A stretch of 64,000 nt of DNA from Balanoglossus misakiensis (GCA_040954595.2 CM082577.2:13337903-13401902), one strand, 5' to 3'. Shown: positions 38,620 to 51,250, numbered from the stretch's first letter. The notes: generated from the sequence alone by a model not told the origin. Numbers and translations: made by a program.

Positions 38620-39590
38620 TCATTTGCATAATCCAAAATGGCCACCAATCTCCTTAAAATGAAAATTTCCCATGTTTGTCTTAAATGGTGTGTAATATCG
38701 CATTTTCAGGGTTGTCATTAATATGGGTACCTAAAACAATTTCAACGTGGTTGACATGGCAATATTAGACAAATGTTCTAATTTGCAGAATCCAAAACGG
38801 CCGCCAAACTCCTTTAAAATTTAAAGTTCTCATGTATGTCTTAACTGGTTTTTAATATCGCATTTTCAGGATTTTCATTAATATTGGTTTCTAAAACAAT
38901 TTCAACGTGGTTGACATGGCAATATTAGACAACTGTTCTAATTTGCATAATCCAAAATGGCCACCACACTTCTCTAACATGTAAATATTGCATGTTTGTC
39001 TTAAATGGTGTGTAATATCGCATTTGCAGGGTTTTCATTAATATTGGTTTCTAAAACAATTTCAACGTGGTTGACATGGCAATATTAGACAACTGTTCTA
39101 ATTTGCATAATCCAAAATGGCCACCACACTTCTCTAACATGTAAATATTGCATGTTTGTCTTAAATGGTGTGTAATATCGCATTTGCAGGGTTTTCATTA
39201 ATATTGGTTTCTAAAACAATTTCAACGTGGTTGACATGGCAATATTAGACAACTGTTCTAATTTGCATAATCCAAAATGGCCACCACACTTCTCTAACAT
39301 GTAAAAATTGCATGTTTGTCTTAAATGGTGTGTAATATCGCATTTGCAGGGTTTTCATTAATATTGGTTTCTAAAACAATTTCAACGTGGTTGACATGGC
39401 AATATTAGACAACTGTTCTAATTTGCATAATCCAAAATGGCCACCACACTTCTCTAACATGTAAATATTGCATGTTTGTCTTAAATGGTGTGTAACATCG
39501 CATTTGGAGGGTTTTCATTAATATTGGTTTCTAAAACAATTTCAACGTGTTTGACATGGCAACATTAGACAACTGCTCTAATTTGCATCA
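38620..39590. repeat. 160-bp tandem array (~6 units) in copy B
   Basis: ATATTGGTTTCTAAAACAAT recurs at 38881, 39041, 39201, 39361 and 39521. Confidence 0.95.
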
Positions 39591-39989
39591 TTCAAACACC
39601 TGCTGGATAATTTAACTTTTGCACTTCTTGTCCCGCGATTGTATGTGTCATATCTCATTTTCAATTTGTTTATATATGCAGAATCTATTTCCAATTAAGT
39701 GTGCATATTGTTGAGCCAATCTTATTTCTTCATCTGCACCACAAAACTGATGCAAGGTTTAGGACTGGAAGTGTATGTGGAAGCAGCATATAGGGGCCTA
39801 CAGGCATCTCTAAATAATGGCAAGTCCTAGGTTAAAGCCAGAAGGTTTTCAGGCAGTAGGCCTCAATTCTATCTGCAATAGTTTCTATCAACTGAGCCAA
39901 AGACATGTTTTTCAGAATGTAGTCTGCCGCCCAGTCGATAACATCAACATGTGTTAATGCCAAAAACTTTTAACTATTAACTAGTAACA

Positions 39990-40440
39990 TCCTTACTTGG
40001 GGATTCTTACACTGTTTGGAATGAAAACTAATTCCCGACAACGAAAATGGTTCCCCTCCGCTGTGTGTGAGAAAACGTAAAATCAATAAATAACTGAGCT
40101 AAGCTTTATACCAAGAGGTGCTTCCAGTTCGTGGCGAGGTCAAGTTTGTTGCGGGGCCGTCTTTGGTGTCGTGACCTATTTTCTCACTGATTCGCTACGA
40201 TCTACAGGGGCATACAAGTACATATCATCATAAAATTGTGCCACAAATACAGGCGCAAATACAGAAAACTGTTCAATAGTGGGCGGTTTGTCACTTAAAG
40301 AATCAGTAGGGTTCAAGATCATCTTCAGTGTGAATATTAAAATAGCACAAGGCTTGTGAAAACCTCCTTTTGTCGGGCAAGCTTGGCTTTGTGTCTTACG
40401 GCCGATGCCTCCCACCACAGCAGCCCCGCACACTCCCAAT
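39990..40440 (-). repeat. Inverted, internally deleted fragment of the 2700-4237 Kolobok-like element
   Basis: Reverse complement of ~3945-4025 joined to ~2950-3335. Confidence 0.8.
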
Positions 40441-40631
40441 ACTGGGAGGACTCAGAGGACGCCACCAACGACACGTTTAGTCTGACACACGTGTAAAAAC
40501 GCGACTACAGCACAGATACATACATACATACGATTGTGTAAGCTTCCGTGTGTGCATAATCGTTTTATCTTAATTTGATTTTCACTGAGAAAAGATGCGT
40601 GAGTTTTGATTTATTAACTTTTATTGAGAGT

Positions 40632-42973
40632 TTAAATCACACACATCGCACATGTTAATTCGTACCCATCTATATACGGACCACATGGTAAGCCTGTGCC
40701 GTCAGGACAACGGCTCTCGACGGAATACAGTCGACCAGCATTGACGGCTTGCACGGTGCCGGGTAACATTCTTCCTTCGATGTCCACGCAAACGTTCTCG
40801 GTCGTTTGGTGGTCGTACTTGGCAGACATCAAGTAGCCGTGGTATGCGATGTCCCACCCGGCGGGACAGTCGTTTCTAGCCGGGTGTAGTATCACGTTGT
40901 TGTGGGACTCATCCAGGCAAACTGCACACGATACGTCGTTGTACAGGTTGGATGCGAAGGGACCGGTTGTTGTACGGTATTCGTTGTGATATACGTAGCC
41001 TCTATCACCCTGAGAACCACTCTCAACAACACTCATGTCATATATTGCTGCTCCCGGCAAACACAGATAGTTTCCACCATTTCCAGTCTGGCTGAAGTAT
41101 TTGGTGCCCATTATTCCTACAATATATACACTAGCGTTACACGTTTTCCATGAAGTATATATACAAAACGATACACTTCTACCCAAATGACCAGTTTTGA
41201 GGGTGTCCGGCAAGCAAAACATCTATCTTAAAATGCTGACGAGCGCAATGCATGTTTATTCTGTTGGTTTGCAAACATGCACATTATGACGTAAAATTAC
41301 CTTTATGTAAACTTTTCACACGTGATACCATTCCTATTTACAGTAAACCCCATTTTATGCCGACCAAGTTTTCAGAGGCAATGCCTCATAAAGTATAGCT
41401 AAATTTATTTTCAATAAAGTCACATAATGTTTCCAAGTATACTGCAAACCGATATGTGGTCGGCAGATTTGCGATAATTAAATATCCTAGTCAACTGGAT
41501 TGATTTTGTAAGTAGATGTACACGTATATATCGATATTGTCGGACTCCGAGAAGGTATTCAATTTCCATTTGTCTGCACTTCTTTCAGTAAATGTCGGAT
41601 TAATTTCAAATTATCGCCCTTTAGGAAAGTGCACATCCTTCTGTTAAACTGGGTAAATTTAAGACAATATCTCAACAATACCATTGTATACTTTAGTCGT
41701 CGCGGTCGGGCATTCATTGTGACCCCATCGTGTGTAGACAACGCCCGTGGTAACGGTCGCAGCTGTGGAAAATTAACAGACATAAATATGTAACTGCTAC
41801 AACGCATATGCTCGGTGTATTTCTTTTAGTATTATATCAGAGATATTTTTGATCGATATTTATATTATTCATTAGCAGTGACGTTTTGTCGCCGTATCAT
41901 ATTAATAGTGACACCCATTGCGGGGAAAGTAATTGTAGTTTGTCTCAGTGACGCCTAACTGACAAGCATATTTAACGAGGCGGATGGTGATAAATCGCCA
42001 TTTATAGAACTTGACGTCTGATTGGTTAATATTAATGAGTCGCCCCCACTGATCAATATTACTTCCGGGTCATAAAAGATGGACAGACGTACAACAGAAT
42101 ACAAAAACGTCAGCACAAATAAGCTCTACAACATCGAGACATTTTGTCAGCTGAAGACAAAAGTCATGCGCACTAAGCCACTCCCGGGAGTTTGTGAAAA
42201 CTTGCACATTTCAAAATGACGGATTACCCGTATCTAACTACGTGCTGCGCTTTTCTGTTCGCGTGGGATGTAGGCCTAGTGATCAACGAAAAAAAATCAG
42301 TAAGGAAGTCTGGTTATGTTGTATTTCACATACTAGTAAAATCTGCTAAAATATATCCCAACTAAAATGTGAAATTGCGCATAGAACTAATTGTTTCATA
42401 TCCAAATCCATGAATATAAAAACTGGTCACCAAGACCGTACACAGGTGACAGGACTAAACTGCCACGAAGAGGTTGACGGACAGAAGTTGACACCGGAAA
42501 TAGCTGATTCCCAATACCAAAGACTCCTCGTTTAAACACTTCGGAGCCAAACACTGGTCACCAAGACCATACACAGGTGACAGGACTAAACTGTCATTAA
42601 GCAATGCAATCTTCCTTTCGTTTCAATGCTGCCGCTTTTCACTTCTAAATTAAAGCCACTCTTGGCAGGGTGATTTTATACCATCTTGTGACAAAGGTAG
42701 TTTCAGATAAAAAGATATCTGCTTTCCTTGGACAAGCTTATACTGTGTATGCAAATTAAAATTCTGGAATCGTGTTTATTACGGTACCGTGAATGCAAAA
42801 TAATAATAATAATAATACTAACCATATCCCGGCAACCCATCGCTATATAGAATATCGTCTTCTCCGTTTGCTTGCGTCACAGAAAAACGCAACATCACAA
42901 TTATAAGTGTGAGAATCATTTTCGTTGAGGTTGAATGTCTGAGCCAAGACTTGTGAAATGAGCAATGTGGCAT
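40632..42973 (-). CDS. Secreted short-chain collagen C4-like (NC1-related Cys-rich domain) protein, paralog 1
   Basis: Exon 1 from ATG 42973 (or 42919) to 42823 with a hydrophobic signal-like stretch and phase-1 donor GTTAGT. Exon 2 41116-40632: GNGGNYLCLP...EY...DVSCAVC...PARNDCPAGW..YHGYLM...CVD...YSVE..C..LPC.PY..GYELTCAMC. AATAAA follows the stop. Confidence 0.75.
42422..42593. repeat. Two 41-bp direct repeats 131 bp apart (intronic)
   Basis: ACTGGTCACCAAGACCRTACACAGGTGACAGGACTAAACTG at 42422 and 42553. Confidence 0.9.
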
Positions 42974-44690
42974 TGATATTCTCATATTTAAAATATAACA
43001 GCCACAAGACAACATAGTCACGTGATCCATTTTAACCAATTGGACTATAAGTCGTCTGCATTACCATGGAAAATGACATCTGGCTTCCAAAGCACCGCAT
43101 GGGTAAACATGAGATAACATTATCAACTGCGTGGCCTGCGATGAATTGGTTATGTAGCTGCTACTTTTATCTACAAATTGGGATTTTCCGCGATCACAAT
43201 ATTGCGCTTTTAATTTGTGAATTGTGATGGAAGATCTCTTAAAACATGTTCTTCGCCATTGTTGCGAATTGATATTGTACCTCAGAATATAATATCATCA
43301 TGAAACAATCGAAATAGGCAAGCCAGGTACACTCCGAAGACAATATAACATCATCCCCGTTTATAATATATTCTTGCCTTTCCAATTCTCCAAGTCTTTG
43401 CATGTTACGGTACATATCGTACATTTGATAAAGAACTCCGCAATCAAAGAATAGCATGTTGCATTCACAATATGTCTCCCTTTTCGTAGCTATACTGTCG
43501 GTCTTATATATATATCTAATCATAGACTCTAGGGTATATGATCTTATTGATAAATACCAGCCTCACACATGTATCATTGTGACAGTGTTTCAGCTTTGCC
43601 GTGAATTGTGAGGAGACTTAGACATGTACGCCGTTTGGTGACCGACTCTCATTCTCTCACACAATGTGTGCCTTGTGACGCAATATAATGAAAGGGTTTC
43701 ACTCAGGACTCAAAGCCGTTTTGCTTAAAAATTCAAGGTCCCTCACGCAGTTTTTACAGTGTGGAGCTCCGTGGCATTATTGATAAAGCCTTGCTACATG
43801 TATGTCTAACTATGGTGTCATATAAGTATAGGTTGTCGTATAATTGGACGTTGAAAATATAGCTAATAAGATGCTTATCCTTGCGAATGTTATCAGCTGT
43901 GCGTTGACTTGAATTCAAGTAGCTCGGAACTGGACTTGTTATATTGTATACAAGAGTGTTTGAGCTTGTTGTTATCATTCTTATATTGGTGGGTGTTGAC
44001 AGATATATTCAATTAATGACTGAAATAGCCGCACCTGCACGCGAGATATGCATGATCTGCGCGATAAAGAACTTAGCAGTGCATACCTTTTGAATCGGCC
44101 TAAGTTTCTGCTGTAACAAAATGGGTGGCAGCTAAAATAAAACAACCCAGGCAATAATGTGCGTCCATGCTTTGACAGGCGCACGATGATTAAGAATTAA
44201 ATTATACGTCAGTTTGATAACAGCAGGTTTTATTAGCTGAAGTTGGTATACAGGGATCATTTCTGGGTGCAAGGAAATAAATTACGAGTCGATGATGTAT
44301 TTGAACTTATATCTCATCTTTGAGTTGCGCATATTTGTCAGTCAGATCAACCCATTAACGGACAACTGCGTGGGTGTGTTTCTTATTTTTGACATACTTC
44401 TCAACTTCAGAAAAATATCGAATTGTGTTGTAAAACCTGGATAAGATAAGACTAATTAGGCCAGGTTGGATGTCCGCAAACATTTAACCAACTTTTGGAA
44501 TTTGGGCGTCATTTGTAAAAGTAATTTGTTGATGCAAGAATGACATTTACAATGTAATATATCTATAATGTCAGTATGTTGATAAATATCCCGATAAAAA
44601 AACGGAAACTATCAGACAACCTGTTGTTTATGATATTCTTTCCCACAACCTATATAGCGCGTCACTAATAAACAACTGCAACATTAAACC

Positions 44691-47600
44691 ATGCCCCCAT
44701 TCACTGTATTGTCCACCGTAATGAGCAGAGCTATGTTGGCGTTTGCTTCACTTGTGGTGGCTTGTGTACTGTTTGCTTCGTCAAACGCAGAAGACTCTAA
44801 AATCGTCGAAAATGTTGACATACCACGAACTTATGGTAAGTTCCTTACATGTGCTGTGCTCACCTTCAAGTATTCCTCGGGAGATAACGTGCATATTTGT
44901 ATTTTCGGGAAGGAAATTGCCAGAGTAAATAGTTCTAAAAATTAGGCCATGAAAATTGGGAATAATTGTTTTTATTAGTGTGGCCGGAAAGTAACATTTG
45001 TTCTTATGCGTTTTTCTTTAATACAACTTAAGTCCTGCATTATAACTATCAGTGGATATTGAACGCCATTTTAAGAAATATATAATTGAACTCTTGTCTG
45101 GAATGATACCGTGTGGCAAGCAGTCATAGTCGACTGAACTGTTATCACGTTTTTATCAAAAGTAGCCATTATCCACGGAGAATTGTAAAATCAAATCCCA
45201 GTTATTCACGCCCCAACTATTCCCCCACCAGGAATAAAGTTGTACTCACTTTCGCCAAAGAGTGAGTATTTGCCCATCAAAACCAATAAATGACATCGTC
45301 ATTAAGCTAATAAAAGAAATTAGGGGCTCTATAGATGCCAGAATGAACTGCTAAACTAGAAATTTGATGTCCGCCGAAAAAAATTACAGGATTAAATTTT
45401 ACTTAAAACAATTACACACAAAAATACGAGAGAGACGGACAACACAACTAAGTTCACTATGCGTTTTACTTGATGGTTAGTGGTGTTATTGAAGTTCAAT
45501 CGCAGAATATAAGATGTGTTGGCAAAAGTGAAAGATTAAGACGGGGGTTTGATTTCAACTTACATCATGAGGAAAACCCTCTGCAGTAACTCTGTCGCAA
45601 GACAGTGATTAACATAACAATGACAAAGTGTGGCTGATATTTGTACTCCAATAATTTCGTGTTCAGTGTGTTGACCAAGACGATCACACTTTGGTTATAA
45701 TCCCCCAAGCGGTGTTGGAAAACCGCCGTTTGGAAGATGACTACCTACAACGTTTGTGCAGGACTAAGGACTAGTTTGGCATGTAATATTTACGTTTCGC
45801 AAGCTTTAGCCTTTCACCATATTTACTTCATTTTTCAGCAGTTTTTAATAAAAACGCATATGCCAATTGCAAAATTTCTAAATTGTAACCAATACATTTA
45901 CTTCTGTCTGTGAATAAGCAGAAACGGGAAATGTGAGTGGCGTTGTCTTCACAAGATGGGCCCATACAGAGTGTGCAGAGCCAACTAAGCTTGTTTACAC
46001 TGGTAAGTGACTCTTCACCTTCGTTTGAAACTGCAGATAATATGTGATATCCATAGAACTCATCCAAGCCAGCAATATATACTGGTCCCAGCTATGCAGT
46101 CTGAGGGAAAGTGGGGTAATTAAGCAGCAGGGGATCATGCAATGCAAACACTTGAACTGGCCAGTAACGTTTGAATTCCTCATTTGCATACAGTTTTTCA
46201 ACTTTTTTCAGAACGAAAGTTTAGCAACTTGCAACCCATTTCTGACAATTATTTCACCCCAGGCACATTACTGGTACTATGAGTGTACTACATGTGATTT
46301 TTCATGAAGTTTTATCGAGAAGAATTTCTTTACTTCCACTGACAAAAATGTGATCACAAAATTCAAAGTGACCTTGAAGTTAAAAAATAAAAAAAAAAAT
46401 ATCAGCCATACCCACACAAAAATTAACCCCCTCAGGTTTTAGAAACATTATTAAACTCCTCTATTCATAATTTTGACATGAATATATCCATGCCGAGAGT
46501 CAAGGACCACAATTTACAGTGCCATAGGTCAGTCCTGTAGTAGTCAGTCAGCGTGGATAGTGTATAGACTCCGTATGTAGTATGCTAATGAGAGTTAACG
46601 ACGCGTTGAAAAGGAAGCCATTACGTCATGGGTTAACATGCGTTGACCTACTTCAATGCATACACATATGGCAAATACGGCTGTACTCGTCGATGGCGAA
46701 GGCAATTTTTACACCGTCATTACTCCACAACGGAGCGGCTCACAACATTATAATTTCATGGTAACTTAGTTCAATATCTTCCTAACCTACCCAATTTTTT
46801 TCAAGACAAGAAATCTTTGCCGAGAGTCGAGGACCACAATTTAAACCAACATACCGAAACTGTCTTTCTCGGGAACGCGTCGTTAAAACTTCACGAAAAA
46901 TCATCCTATCATTGACTATGGTGTTTCATACACGTCTTAGAAAAATGGATGCACTACGATCACTTGTAGTACCGAAAATCTCCGTTTGAAAATTTTTCGA
47001 ACTGGCCGTAACTGCCACTCAGTGACGTTCACATTCAAATAGATCTCTTTGATCTCACCGCCTTAATTAGTCTGCCTCCGCTCAGACTGTATGTTTGATA
47101 GCCAGCTGATCCTCTCCCCTCGCTCTGTAAGTACGTTTATACGATAATATATTTTTCCCGTAAATGTGAAAATGATCATGGGGAAAACGTGTTATCATGC
47201 GGGGACTGTGTAATTGACAATGACATGATCGGTTTGCTTTTTCAAGGTATCATGGTTGGCCAACGTAAAGACCAAACTGGTGGTGGGGGTGGTTACATGT
47301 GTGTACCTTTTGTGCCGATATATGATATGGATGTTGTTGAACCCGGCGTACAGACCGACCGCAGCTACATCTATCATGTAGAATATCGCGGCGGCGGAAC
47401 TGGTCCTTTTGCAGCAAACTGGTTTCACGACGTGCCTTGTGCTGTCTGCCTGGACGACTTCCACAGTAATTCCATATTACACCCGGCCAGAAACGACTGT
47501 CCAGATGGTTGGGACATTGAATATCACGGTTATCTAATGTCGACTAGATACGATTACTACACAACTGGAAATGTTTGTTTTGACGTTGCCGGCATAGTCA

Positions 47601-47737
47601 TACCTGGAACAGAAACGTCGGTTATATCATCTAGTCATATATTTCCTGTTGAGAGCATGTGTCCATCGGACAGTGGAATTCCCTGTGCACCTTACGTCGA
47701 TGCTTATGAAATGACATGCGCGCTATGTGCAATTTGA
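44691..47737 (+). CDS. Secreted short-chain collagen C4-like protein, paralog 2 (~211 aa)
   Basis: Exon 1 44691-44835 (signal MLAFASLVVACVLFASSNA; G|GTAAGT, phase 1). Exon 2 47247-47737 (GGGGGYMCVP...HDVPCAVC...PARNDCPDGW..EYHGYLM...IPCAPY..YEMTCALC). AATAAA at 47775. Confidence 0.8.
45565..45785 (+). repeat. Intronic fragment of the Kolobok-like element
   Basis: Direct match to ~3706-3940. Confidence 0.85.
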
Positions 47738-48349
47738 ACAAGTCTCCCAAAGAATCGGCAAATCTTAATATGTGAATAAATAAATGTATACATGTAAATG
47801 CAAACAAAAATATTTTTCATCTGTTGGCCTTGAGCCACTGTGACGTCCGCCTAATTTATTATAATTTTAATGCAAAAAAACGAGGACTAACTCATCACAA
47901 ATACCCGTAGAAAATTTCAACTGAGGAAAATTAAGCCAGAAACCGGAATTATTAAAAATAAAATAAAAATAAGACACCCCTTGCAGCCGTTAACAACGAT
48001 TTTCTTCTAAATTAAATAGAGAGTCATCTGGAAAAAGATCCAAGCCAAATTTAAAAATGAATTGATGAGTATAAACTATTGGTAATGGCGTTACGTTTGC
48101 ATGATTCGGCTACTGGACCTCAACAGGCGCAGTACAACAGTCCAATGGACTGCATATGCGACAATATACTGCTGTTGGCAGAGTGATGTCCGTATATATT
48201 TGACTTCTTTCTCCACAACTCGTCAAAGTACGGACATCACTCGAATACGACGCGTTATCGAATAAACTTCGTGTAATAACCCGTATTATATTATATCATG
48301 GTACCGTCCGCGATTCTGATTGGACGAGAGCTCAACCCAGCGATGCTAC

Positions 48350-48527
48350 AATTAAGCAATAAAACACCCCCAGCCATGGTATACCACGAGATTTTGACCA
48401 GTTCACGACATATACGCACGAGCGATAGCGAGTGCGTATATGGAGTTGAACTGGTCAAAATCGAGTGGTATACCATGGCTGGGGGTGTTTTATTGCTATT
48501 ATATTATGCCAGTATATTGAACTTTGC
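48350..48527. mobile_element. Crypton-like non-autonomous element, copy 2 (truncated)
   Basis: Same hairpin as 28177-28350. A separate perfect 14-bp IR (GAGTGATGTCCGTA at 48181 / TACGGACATCACTC at 48229) lies upstream. Confidence 0.7.
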
Positions 48528-49386
48528 ACACCCACCCCCTTCCATTCATCAACACCTTTCAATCATTGACTGGTTTATCTAGTGTCCCAGGTCAGTGGAC
48601 TTGCCCCCACTGCATGATAACTTTGAGCGGCGACGGGTAAATTTTTCCTCCCCAACATACCGGTACTTGAGTTAATTTGCTTTAGCCGGGTTCATTAAAA
48701 TGCAGCTTTGAGCTCTGTATTTTATAAAATTTTCTTACGTGGGAGGGGGGCACCCCCTCCCACACCCACCCCCCTTCAATTCTCGGTTTACAATGTCTCC
48801 CAACACAGAATACAAATACTTAACAAATAAAAACAATGTTCAGTGTTATTATCCACTGATGAGGGGAAACATCAGTTTCAAATTCTTTTCATGGGAGCGC
48901 TGTTTTTCTTTTTTACAAGATAGATAGGTGATGTGATGTGTTTACCTTCTAAGGCAAGTAGGCGGTCAGCTGGAGGGGTCAGGCGGTAGGAAGAGTTCAC
49001 CAAAAGAGGGCGCATTTTATCATCCATTGTTTATAATGTGTAGTGTATGAGCAGAGAAGCCTCAGTGTTCCGGTTAGAACCGTATCGGTCAGACAAAGAC
49101 AGAAGAGTTGACCGACAACAAATTTATTCAGTTTATATCATATAATTCTTACTTAAACGTTCCCTGAATAAATCCCTGTGGTATATACGTACACATGCAT
49201 GCTGTCTTCTCCCGCCATTTTGCAGAAGAAGTGGCGCTCACAGGTTGAAAGGTAAACAAAATTGAACTGGTCATATCGTCACTATGAATGCTTGGAAGTG
49301 AATGAAAACTCAAAAAAGCTACATGGTTTGAAGTACTTTACCTCATTAACATATATTAATGAGTACCGTGCGATCTGACGTGATAA

Positions 49387-49577
49387 AACACCTATGGCCT
49401 GGCCTTAATTCGGGCCATAGCAGCCGTTTTTACCCCCTCGTGACTGTGGGTTACCGGAATCATATGCTATTTCCCTCGGCCTACGACCTCGGGAAATAGC
49501 ATGTGATTCTGCTTACTCACAGCCACTCGGGGGTAATAAACGGCTGCTATGGCCCTCATGGCCAGGCAATAGGTGTT
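49387..49577. mobile_element. Second family of Crypton-like hairpin (~190 bp)
   Basis: AACACCTATGGCCTGGCC...GCTATTTCCCTCGGCCTACGACCTCGGGAAATAGC...GGCCAGGCAATAGGTGTT. Confidence 0.65.
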
Positions 49578-49716
49578 CAATATCTTATGTAGGATAAAAA
49601 ATAGAAACTGATCTTGTGAACTGATCTTGCTGGTGTTTTAATGAAACCCATTGAAATAACATGCAAAAGAGGTAGCAAAATATATTTATAATTTATTTAT
49701 TTATAATGTCTTTGAA

Positions 49717-49960
49717 GGAAACAAACCAAATCACGCCTAAGCCCTGAGCGACGCCGACCAGAAAAAGCTGAGAGACAGCGGTCAACTGGGAACAGAAAAT
49801 TCAAAAGACCTTACTCACTGTAATCCATTCTAATAACACTATGTTCTTTGTATTACGCGGTCGTGATGAACACCACAAAATGAAATGGGGTGACATCGAT
49901 CTCAAACCATCTGAAAGTGGGAGACAATACCTTGAATACAACGAACGTGACACTAAAACA
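49717..49960 (+). pseudogene. Crypton (DUF3504-type) tyrosine recombinase remnant
   Basis: GNKPNHA*ALSDADQKKLRDSGQLGTENS, a one-base frameshift at ~49804, then KTLLTVIHSNNTMFFVLRGRDEHHKMKWGDIDLKPSESGRQYLEYNERDTKT. Includes the LRG..EH segment. Not in the ORF track. Confidence 0.8.
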
Positions 49961-50281
49961 TTTTGAGAAAAGGCGTTTGTTTCTGTTGCAAAAGCTTACT
50001 AGCGTCATCGTGTGTCAGTGCTTGTCTTTTATTAAGAGCAGAAATTATAAATTATTGTTTTATATTTTATCATATATCCCGTTACTCGTTTTCATTATTT
50101 TTCTATCGTCGGACCTTGAACCCTGCAGTTGTGTTTCTTCTATTTGTACATGTAACTCTATGGGAAACCAGCACAAATGTACCTAATCAAGCAATTTCTA
50201 GTCTGCTCATTATATATTCATACACGACAACTTGTGACGCGATCAAGGCCGATGGAAAAATGCTAATTGCTAATGAAATGT

Positions 50282-51250
50282 TGGTGCCGTGAGAAGTCGG
50301 CCAGTACGTTAAGTCGGCCTGTGGGAGAGAACCGTTGGTACTTTGTGGTAAATACAAATGCTTCACTACGAAATGAGTCCTTGATATACAGGAGCTGAGA
50401 ATAGCCGACGAATTTTAAAACTGTCTGACGTGGTTCACTTCATATGTACGTCAACAGTCACCTGCACTTACTGCGCTAGAAGTAGTCTGTTCCTCGTCGC
50501 GTTTTTTGTTTGGTGTTGTCTCAAAAAGTATGAATATACACATGTATTTTTAGTCGGCTTTGAAACTCACTTTAATCAGGAATGACGCAGGAATTTGACG
50601 AACAGCCTATGTATCTCCTTACGCGGATACGGGGCCGGGGAACCGTTACGGACGCCATTATTTGAAATGACGCCATTGTGGTGTCAAGAATGTCGGGAAA
50701 AAACGCCCAACTGAACATATTTAGTGCAATATATTTTATTAAGTGTTGTTATAAGTAATCTGGGTCATTCAGGTAACTGCACTATTCTGGTTCAAGTTCA
50801 ACAACTGGTCGACTTCTCATGTATTCGAAATGTTACAAGTCAATGTTGTTGGAACTTCACATCAACCGATTCCTATACTACATCGATCTATCGCTCCGTA
50901 CAAGACCATTCAACAATCGAAATTGGATATCACGACTTTCTATAGAGATTACAAGCAGTGGACCAGTCTTTCGATAACTTTCAGCGAGTATTTGACAAAC
51001 GTACAGAAATTGGCATATTTGCGCAGTTTCCGTGGAGGTGAAATCAAGAGTGGATTCTCGACCACATCCGCAAATTACGCCACGGCAATGTAACTGCAAC
51101 AGGAGAGATATGGTCTTGATCAGCTCATGATCAACGCACATATGAGATATCTCTGGGAAGAGCCGTCGCCTGCAAACAATCCGGACTCTGTCTCTGGTTT
51201 TCCAAACACGTCCAGCCACTCACCGTCACACATCGCTCAATGTCTGGACA
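50282..51250 (+). mobile_element. BEL/Pao LTR retrotransposon remnant: tRNA-His-type primer binding site and gag (DUF1759-like) fragment
   Basis: TGGTGCCGTGA at 50282-50292. 50917-51210 reads SKLDITTFYRDYKQW...LTNVQKLAYLRS..GGE...GFSTTSANYATAM*LQQERYG..QLMINAHMRYLWEEPSP. Confidence 0.75.

Larger units (their letters stand above)
30500..39800 (+). mobile_element. Large ORF-less composite repeat, copy B (no young insertions seen; best reference copy)
   Basis: Head 30500-32250; outer IR ~32730-33520 and ~37390-38185; (GTAT)n(GT)n 33720-33850; inner IR 35178-35470 and 36068-36372; core 35471-36067; 160-bp array ~38620-39590. Confidence 0.85.

Noticed and set aside
38620-39590. 160-bp arrays as CRISPR
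   Set aside because: Head-to-tail units with no unique spacers.
41290-41380. Missing internal exon of the minus-strand C4-like gene (KWG, GTAAT donor)
   Set aside because: In-frame stop, no CP motif and no counterpart in the paralog's intron.
42422-42593. CRISPR-like repeat-spacer-repeat
   Set aside because: Only two repeats, a 90-bp spacer, inside a eukaryotic intron, and no cas genes.
48856-48875. Hammerhead ribozyme core (CTGATGA...GAAA)
   Set aside because: Only three bases between the boxes, so no stem II can form; no supporting stems I and III found.
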